Part shown: piece after piece, positions 55,095-64,000 of the stretch
How positions within the stretch are numbered: position 1 is the stretch's first letter
Layout: every line of letters begins with the position of its first letter
Source of the DNA: Eledone cirrhosa
Lineage: Eukaryota
Reading direction: 5' to 3'
Assembly (NCBI GenBank): GCA_964016885.1
Contig: OZ024747.1
Coordinates: 51,708,001-51,772,000 of the forward strand
Length of the DNA stretch: 64,000 nt
The notes under the pieces: generated by a model
Database searches by the model: none
What the model was told of the DNA's origin: nothing
Seen by the model: the letters and a program-made list of their open reading frames with translations, nothing else
Position numbers and translations under genes: made by a program

Positions 55095-57835
55095 CTGTTC
55101 CCATGACTTTCGGAAACATTGTTTCATGCTCAGAGTCGCTGAAGGATGGAACAAACTACCTGCATCAGTTGTTAGCTGTCGAGACACTGTATCCTTTAAA
55201 GCCTCCATGGAACAAACTACCTACATCAGTTGTTAGCTGTCGAGACACTGTATCCTTTAAAGCCTCCATGGAACAAACTACCTACATCAGATGTTAGCTG
55301 TCGAGACACTGTATCCTTTAAAGCCTCCATGGAACAAACTACCTGCATCAGATGTTAGCTGTCGAGACACTGTATCCTTTAAAGCCTCCATGGAACAAAC
55401 TACCTGCATCAGTTGTTAGCTGTCGAGACACTGTATCCTTTAAAGCCTCCATGGAACAAACTACCTGCATCAGTTGTTAGCTGTCGAGACACTGTATCCT
55501 TTAAAGCCTCCATGCAACAAACTCACGGCATCAGTTATTAGCTGTCGAGACACTGTATCCTTTAAAGCCTCCATGGAACAAACTCACGGCATCAGTTATT
55601 AGCTGTCGAGTCACTGTATCCTTTAAAGCCTCCATGGAACAAACTACCTGCATCAGTTGTTAGCTGTCGAGACACTGTATCCTTTAAAGCCTCCATGGAA
55701 CAAACTACCTGCATCAGTTGTTAGCTGTCGAGACACTGTATCCTTTAAAGCCTCCATGGAACAAACTCACGGCATCAGTTATTAGCTGTCTAGACACTGT
55801 ATCCTTTAAAGCCTCCATGGGACAAACTCACGGCATCAGTTATTAGCTGTCTAGACACTGTATCCTTTAAAGCCTCCATGGAACAAACTCACGGCATCAG
55901 TTGTTAGCTGTCGTGACATTGTATCGTTTAAAGCCTCCATGGAACCAACTACCTGCATCAGTTGTTAGCTGTCGAGACACTGTATCCTTTAAAGCCTCCA
56001 TGGTACAAACTCACGGCATCAGTTGTTAGCTGTCGAGACACTGTATCCTTTAAAGCCTGCATGGAACAAACTCACGGCATCAGTTGTTAGCTGTCTAGAC
56101 ACTGTATCCTTTAAAGCCTCAATGGGACAAACTCACGGCATCAGTTGTTAGCTGTCGAGACACTGTATCCTTTAAAGCCTCCATGGAACAATTCACGGCA
56201 TCAGTTATTAGCTGTCGAGACACTGTATCCTTTAAAGCCTCCATGGAACAACTCACGGCATTAGTTGTTAGCTGTCGTGACATTGTATCGTTTAAAGCCT
56301 CCATGGAACAAACTACCTGCATCAGTTGTTAGCTGTCTAGACACTGTATCCTTTAAATCCTCCATAGAACAAACTACCTGCATCAGTTGTTAGCTGTCGA
56401 GACACTATATCCTTTAAAGCCTCAATGGAACAAACTCACGGCATCAGTTATTAGCTGTCGAGACACTGTATCCTTTAAAGCCTCAATGGAACAAACTCAC
56501 GGCATCAGTTATTAGCTGTCGAGACACTGTATCCTTTAAAGCCTCAATGGAACAAACTCACGGCATCAGTTATTAGCTGTCGAGACACTGTATCCTTTAA
56601 AGCCTCCATGGAACAAACTCACGGCATCAGTTGTTAGCTGTCGAGACACTGTATCCTTTAAAGCCTCCATGGGACAAACTACCTGCATCAGTTGTTAGCT
56701 GTCGAGACACTGTATCCTTTAAAGCCTCCATGGGACAAACTCACGGCATCAGTTATTAGCTGTCGAGACACTGTATCCTTTAAAGCCTCAATGGAACAAA
56801 CTCACGGCATCAGTTGTTAGCTGTTGAGACTCTGTATCCTTTAAAGCCTCCATGGAACAAACTACCTGCATCAGTTGTTAGCTGTCGAGACACTGTATCC
56901 TTTAAAGCCTCCATGGGACAAACTCACGGCATCAGTTATTAGCTGTCGAGACACTGTATCCTTTAAAGCCTCAATGGAACAAACTCACGGCATCAGTTAT
57001 TAGCTGTCGAGACACTGTATCCTTTAAAGCCTCCATGGAACAAACTCACGGCATCAGTTGTTAGCTGTCGTGACACTGTATCCTTTAAAGCCTCCATGGA
57101 ACAAACTACCGGCATCAGTTGTTAGCTGTCGAGACACTGTATCCTTTAAAGCCTCCATGGAACAAACTACCGGCATCAGTTGTTAGCTGTCGAGACACTG
57201 TATCCTTTAAAGCCTCCATGGTACAAACTCACGGCATCAGTTGTTAGCTGTCGAGACACTGTATCCTTTAAAGCCTCCATGGAACAAACTACCGGCATCA
57301 GTTGTTAGCTGTCAAGACACTGTATCCTTTAAAGCCTCCATGGTACAAACTCACGGCATCAGTTGTTAGCTGTCGAGACACTGTATCCTTTAAAGCCTGC
57401 ATGGAACAAACTCACGGCATCAGTTGTTAGCTGTCGTGACACTGTATCCTTTAAAGCCTCCATGGAACAACTCACGGCATTAGTTGTTAGCTGTCGAGAC
57501 ACTGTATCCTTTAAAGCCTCCATGGAACAAACTACCTACATCAGTTGTTAGCTGTCGAGACACTGTATCCTTTAAAGCCTCCATGGAACAAACTCACGGC
57601 ATCAGTTATTAGCTGTCGAAACACCTTTAAAGCCTCCATGCTTCCTGAGATTCACCAACACTCCACCTAATATTCCTCCTCTACACACATACACACATGT
57701 ATATCATGACTCATATACTATTCACTTCCCTGGCATTTGTATATTATTCCATGTACTATACATGGACCTTTGACGAGTTGTAGTGCACCTGAGCTCTGTA
57801 CACAATAATTTCATTAGTATTATCATCATCATCAT
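55095..57835 (+). mobile_element. 3' end of a CR1/L2-group LINE interrupted by a satellite derived from itself
   Basis: Left flank reads HDFRKHCFMLRVAEGWNKLPASVVSC; right flank reads FKASMLPEIHQHST*, then a UTR and an (ATT/ATC)n tail. Confidence 0.75.
55148..57640. repeat. 61-bp tandem satellite, about 41 copies
   Basis: Unit GGAACAAACTACCTGCATCAGTTGTTAGCTGTCGAGACACTGTATCCTTTAAAGCCTCCAT, with variant CTCACGGCA; no spacers. Confidence 0.97.
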
Positions 57836-57907
57836 TATTATTATTATTATCATCATATATAAATAATAAAGAAATAAAGAAATCATTATTATCATCACCA
57901 TCATCAG

Positions 57908-58085
57908 AATTGGCAGTATAGCGAGAATGTTGGGCAACCTGCTTCGTGGCATACAGAGTTACGGCGCTTTACGTTCTGGGTTCAAATACCGTCGAGGTTA
58001 GCTTTGCCTTTCATCTTTACGGAATCAATAAAATAAAGTACAAGGAACGTACTAGTATCGAGTAAATCGACTTTCCCCTCCCCTT
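57908..58085 (+). mobile_element. Old, divergent SINE copy
   Basis: ATTGGCAGTAT...GGGTTCAAATACCGTCGAGGTTAGCTTTGCCTTTCATC. Confidence 0.7.
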
Positions 58086-58189
58086 CAATTATTAAGTGGG
58101 TAATATAAAGACATACTGTAGAAGCCGGAGAAATGTTTGAGAGTAAGAAGAGAAATATTGTAGAAAGGTCTGCATGTGAATGTAAGTGT

Positions 58190-58530
58190 ATATATGTGTT
58201 AGTGTAGGTGTATATGTGTGTTAGTGTAGGTGTATATGTGTGTTTTAGCGTGTGTATGTGTATATGTGTGTTAGTGTAGGTGTATATGTGTGTTTGAGCG
58301 TGTGTATGTGTATATGTGTGTTAGTGTAGGTGTATATGTGTGTTTGAGCGTGTGTATGTGTATGTGTGTGTTAGTGTAGGTGTATATGTGTGTTTGAGCG
58401 TGTGTATGTGTATATGTGTGTTTTAGCGTGTGTAAGTGTATATATGTGTGTTAGTGTAGGTGTATATGTGTGTTTTAGCGTGTGTATGTGTATATGTGTG
58501 TTAGTGTAGGTGTATATCTGTGTTTGAGCG
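58190..58530. repeat. GT-rich tandem repeat, period about 50 bp
   Basis: TTAGTGTAGGTGTATATGTGTGTTTGAGCGTGTG recurs at 58271, 58321 and 58371. Confidence 0.8.
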
Positions 58531-58825
58531 TGTGTGTCTGTGTATTAGTATGTTTCAGCGTGTGTGTATATGTACGTCTGTGTATGGGTATATGTGAGTT
58601 CAGGATGTGTGTGGTGTGTACGTTTATGTATGTGTGTATATGTGTTTCAGCGTGTGTGTGCGTGTATACGTATGTGTATGTATGTATGTGTGTATACGTC
58701 TGTGTATGTGTTAATGTGTGTTTCAGCTTGTGTATGTGTACGCTTGTAGTATGTATTTATGTACTTTGCTTTCTGTGCATATCTCTATATGTGTGTCAGT
58801 ATTTTGAATGTGTATGCAAGAATAC

Positions 58826-61625
58826 ATGTGTATAAGTATATATGTGTACAAGTATATATATGTGTATAAGTATATATGTGTACAAGTATATATGTGTACA
58901 AGTATCTGTATGTACAAGTATATATGTGTACAAGTATCTGTGTGTACAAGTATCTATGTGTACAAGTATATATGCGTATAAGTATATATATGTACCAGTA
59001 TATATGTGTATAAGTATATATATGTACAAGTATATATGTGTACAAGTATATATGGGTACAAGTATCTATGTGTACATGTATATATGTGTACACGTATATA
59101 TGTGTAAAAGTATATATATGTACTAGTATATATGTGTACAATTATATACGTGTACAAGTATATATGTGTACAAGTATATATGTGTACAAGTATCTGTGTG
59201 TACAAGTATCTGTGTGTACAAGTATATATGTGTACAAGTATATATGTGTACAAGTATCTGTGTACAAATATATATGTGTACAAGTATATATGTGTACAAG
59301 TATCTGTGTGTACAAGTATATATACGTACAAGTATATATGTGTACAAGTATATATGTGTATAAGTATATATGTGTACAAGTATATATGTGTATAAGTATA
59401 TATGTGTACAAGTATATATATGTGTACAAGTATCTGTATATACAAGTATATATGTGTACAGATATATATGTGTACAAGTATTTGTGTGTACAAGTATATA
59501 TGTGTACAAGTATATATGTGTACAAGTATCTGTGTACAAGTATATATGTGTACAAGTATATATGTGTACAAGTATCTGTGTATACAAGTATATATGTGTA
59601 CAAGTATATATGTGTACAAGTATCTGTGTGTACAAGTATATATACGTACAAGTATATATGTGTACAAGTATATATGTGTATAAGTATATATGTGTACAAG
59701 TCTATATGTGTATAAGTATATATGTGTACAAGTATATATGTGTACAAGTATCTGTATATACAAGTATAGATGTGTACAGGTATATATGTGTACAAGTATT
59801 TGTGTGTACAAGTATATATGTGTACAAGTATATATGTGTACAAGTATCTGTGTACAAGTATATATGTGTACAAGTATATATGTGTACAAGTATCTGTGGA
59901 AAACAAGTATATATGTGTACAAGTATATATGTGTACAAGTATATGTATACAAATATATGTGTGTAAAAATATATGTGCACAAGTATCTGTGTGTACAAGT
60001 ATGTATTGTACAAATATATATGTGTACAAGTATCTGTGTGTATAAATATATATGTGTACAAGTATATATGTATATAAGTATATATGTGTACAAGTATCTG
60101 TGTACAAGTATATATGTGTACAAGTATCTATGTGTACAAGTATCTATGTGTACCAGTATATATGTGTATAAGTATATATCTGTACAAGTATATCTGTGTA
60201 CAAATATATATGTGTACAAGTATATATGTGTACAAGTATCTGTGTGTACAAATATATATCTGTACAATTATATATGTGTACAAGTATATGTGTGTACAAG
60301 TATATATGCGTACAAGTATATATGTGTACAAGTATATATGTGTACAAGTATATATGTGTACAAGTATCTGTGTATACAAGTATATATGTGTACAAGTATA
60401 TATGTGTACAAATATATATGTGTACAAGTTTCTGTGTATACAAGTATATATGTGTACAAGTATATATGTGTACAAGTTTCTGTGTATACAAGTATATATG
60501 TGTACAAGTATATATGTGTACAAGTTTCTGTGTGTACAAGTATATATGTGTACAACTATATATGTGTACAAGTATATATGTGTACAAGTATCGGTGTACA
60601 AGTATATATGTGTACAACTATATATGTGTACAAGTATATATGTGTACAAGTATCGGTGTACAAGTATATATGTGTACAAGTATCTGTGTACAAATATATG
60701 TGTACAAGTATATATGTGTACAACTATATATGTGTACAAGTATATATGTGTACAAGTATATATGTGTACAAGGATATATGTGTATAAGTATATGTGTGTA
60801 CAAGTATATATGTGTACACGTATATATGTGTACAAGTATCTGTGTACAAGTATATATGTGTACAAGTATATATGTGTACAACTATATATGTGTACAAGTA
60901 TATATGTGTACAACTATATATGTGTACAAGTATCGGTGTACAAGTATCTGTGTACAAGTATATTTGTGTACAAGTATATATGTGTACAACTATATATGTG
61001 TACATGTATATATGTGTACAAATATCTGTATTCAAGTATATATATGTACAAGTATATAAGTGGACAAGGATATATGTGTACAAGTATATATGTGTACATG
61101 TATATATGTGTACAAGTATATATGTGTACAAGTATATATGTGTACATGTATATATGTGTACAAGTATATATGTGTACAAGTATCTGTGTACAAGTATATA
61201 TGTATACAAGTATATATGTGTACAAGTATCAAATGTGTACAACTATATATGTGTATATGTATATATGTGTACAAGTATATATGTGTACAAGTATATATAT
61301 GCAAGTATATATGTGTACAAATATCTGTGTACAACTATATATGTGTACCAGTATATATGTGTACAACTATATATGTGTACAAGTATATATGTGTACAAGT
61401 ATCTGTGTACAAGTATCTGTGTGTACAAGTATCTGTGTGTGTACAAGTATATATGTGTACATGTATCTGTGTGTGTACAAGTATATGTGTACAAGTATCT
61501 GTGTGTGTACAAGTATCTGTGTACAAGTATATATGTGTACAAGTATCTGTGTACAAGTATATATGTGTACAAGTATCTGTGTGTGTACAAATATATGTGT
61601 GTGTACAAGTATCTGTGTGTACAAG
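58826..61625. repeat. 16-bp minisatellite (GTACAAGTATATATGT)
   Basis: Direct inspection; 14-18 bp variants occur. Confidence 0.95.
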
Positions 61626-61917
61626 CAAGTGCCTTGTTTCAGGGGGGTACCAGGGGACAATTGCCCCCCCCCCCTCTTCACAAACTTGTTCAAACGTCTA
61701 TGTTTATTTGTTGTTTAGTTAATATAATAAATTCGTTGTAAGCTTATTTTTTTTATATCTGAACTTCATTTGAATACATAAAATTTAATTAGCGTAACAT
61801 TTTACTTATGCGATAGGGTCCAGGAAAGGCACCAGAAGCAATACTAACATGCTTCTTTAAGAATCAAAAAATGTTGGTTTGTCCCCCCTCACACTTTTAG
61901 GGCAAACGAGGCCCCTG
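61626..61917. mobile_element. Putative hAT-type MITE
   Basis: TIRs CAAGTGCCTTGTTT / (reverse complement) CAGGGGCCTCGTTT, 11/14 identical. 8-bp flanks TGTACAAG / TGTGCAAG. Confidence 0.6.
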
Positions 61918-62254
61918 TGTGCAAGTATCTGTGTGTGCGTCTATATATATATGAACGAGACCGTGTATATATATCTGTGAGGGTCTGTTACTCGTGTGTT
62001 TGTAGGTCTCTGTAGGTGTACGAGAGAGGTATATACAATACCTTGTAATCCACAGCTCAGTGGGGATGTGTGCTGCCAAATATAGAAACCACAATGAAAA
62101 ATACGTGATATTTGTGTGTAAAGGTGTGAGATACAGACACAGAGAAGGAGACAGGAAGTAGGTTTAAAATATAGCATGAGAGCAGATAAACTATTATAAG
62201 GACCAGCCCTACACACACATATATATATATACATAGACATACAAACACACATAC

Positions 62255-62312
<58 letters not shown>

Positions 62313-62399
62313 GTAGAACACTGGAAGGTAATATCCGTAGCGGTAGAGTTAGGTAGAAGTGGTAACACAACAGTTGAACTAACTGTTGTGTTACCACTT
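62313..62399. mobile_element. Collapsed copy of the 11981-12184 tail plus hairpin element
   Basis: Same tail GTAGAACA.TGGAA.GTAATATCCGTAG.GGTAGAG...TTAGGTAG; hairpin AAGTGGTAACACAACAGTT/AACTGTTGTGTTACCACTT; no ribozyme left. Confidence 0.8.
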
Positions 62400-62488
62400 A
62401 TATATATACATATATACACACATATATATATACATACATATATTATATTATATACACATACATACACACACACACGTATATATATATT

Positions 62489-62575
<87 letters not shown>

Positions 62576-63671
62576 CTGTATATATATGTATGTATATATA
62601 TATAAGAAGGGCATGGTAGGGCGATTTTATAAAGAAGTTAACATACATAGCAAGGCAACAGTAAAAATATTTGCATTACTATTCAGGGTCAACTTTAGTC
62701 AAAAACAATCTTCACAATTCCATTCCTGTCAGTAAAAACTGGGCTTTCTTTTACTTTTGTATTCTTTTTATCTGAAATATATTTTAGGGGTTTCATCATG
62801 ACTGACTTGTTTGTTTGACTCAAACAGTAAAAAAAAAAGATAATAATAAATAAATAAAACTGACGTGAGAATTTCAAATGTAACCCAGAAAAATTTCTTT
62901 TATTCAAGAATGTTGAGTTTTTTATTATTTTTCTTTTGTTTGAACCTTTTTTTTTCTTCTGAAAAGACGATCATTCTTATAATTTAACAGTCAGTATGAA
63001 ATATATATGTATTAATATCTCTTGTTTCTCTCTCTCACACACACACACACACACGCGTATATATATATATATATATACATAGATACATATAATATATATA
63101 TATATATATACATATATGTATGTATATTACATACACTATATATATATATATATAAACATGAGAAGAAAGAAGAATACTGCGTGGTTTGTACATGGGTTAC
63201 ATATGATAAAAATAGTCCTTCGTCAGTGATTTGCCAACCATCATTGGTATTTCATCGCATTAAAAATCAGATACCTCAGGTTGGTGCGAGCAATAAGCTA
63301 AAAAAAGTTATTAGGACCAGTAATCGCGTAAAGCGAGGGGGACAAGTGAACAACATAGAAGGATAAAAACAAACCAAAGAAAGGAAATAAACAAGCAACA
63401 TGGTAGTCCTGGTCAGCATAAGCTGGGTGGATTTCATGAGCGATTAGTACAGACGTCCGACGTGAGTGAGATGGAAGCAAGAAAAGGCCCACTGTTAGCC
63501 AAACGGGAGGAAGTGAGAAGGGGAGAAACAGAGAGTGAGTGAGTGGAAGTGCGAGGAAGTGGTCAGTCGAGGGAAAGTGTAACTGACAGAGGGGGCGAAA
63601 GAAGGTGAGAGAAACAGAGAGAGCGGGGAAGCAGTAAGAGAGAAACAGACAAACGCAGCCGAGGTAAATAT

Positions 63672-64000
63672 ATCGTTTCGGAGCTTTGATCATATTGACG
63701 TATTGACTGCTCTATAGCAATTATGTAACTGTATACTATTAGACTTCATATATAGGTTCGATTCGATCAGACCGTCTTCTTCGGAAACAATCTGAAGAAG
63801 ACGGTCTGATCAAACCAATATATGAAGTCTGATATTATAGTTATTTAACTGTAATAGATCAGTCAATACGTCAATATGATCAAACCTCCGAAACGATTGT
63901 AAAACAGTGATATGAAGAGGTAAAATAACTTTACTTCGTTGTTATTATTTTCATTGTTAAATTAATGTCTAATATCAGACTCTGTATCTAAGGAATTAAC
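63672..64000 (+). mobile_element. Hairpin element with a long-stem-II hammerhead core (63792-63901), stem I lost at the apex
   Basis: 63672-63784 is inverted at 63791-63897. CTGAAGA at 63792; GGTCTGATCA pairs with TGATCAAACC; GAAA-CGATTG-TA at 63890-63901. Confidence 0.7.

Noticed and set aside
55148-57640. CRISPR-like regular array
   Set aside because: Units are contiguous near-identical 61-mers with no unique spacers and no cas genes, in a eukaryotic context; the array derives from a LINE.
58785-61741. Many overlapping 100-540 aa ORFs
   Set aside because: Translations of the 16-bp satellite in all frames.

Overview
AT-rich, microsatellite-dense eukaryotic DNA. The dominant tRNA-derived SINE and the repeat landscape resemble an octopus or other cephalopod genome (inference). 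No host protein-coding exon is supportable, and almost all listed ORFs are simple-repeat artefacts. The organising signal is a Penelope-like retroelement (PLE) / hammerhead-ribozyme system. One near-complete but disabled PLE (RT plus GIY-YIG, 38287-43304) has a ~1.2 kb inverted copy of its 3' end and a ~100 nt direct terminal repeat. By eye I count about 25 intact, degenerate or partial type I hammerhead (HHR) motifs from several sequence families. Most sit in short snap-back hairpin elements inserted in (TA)n tracts and share a 'hairpin plus one-sided tail' architecture. One of them is a ~320 nt non-coding mini-element (37397-37862) with a clean minimal HHR and the same layout as the coding PLE. 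Also present: a retroelement fragment with a 2A-like StopGo motif (GDIEINPGP) and PHD-like fingers, a 61-bp satellite that arose inside the last codons of a LINE, decayed mariner, R4-like and RTE-like elements, a putative hAT MITE, a tRNA-Phe-like gene, about 20 SINE copies and several minisatellites. All folds and alignments were done by eye; coordinates may be off by a few nt.
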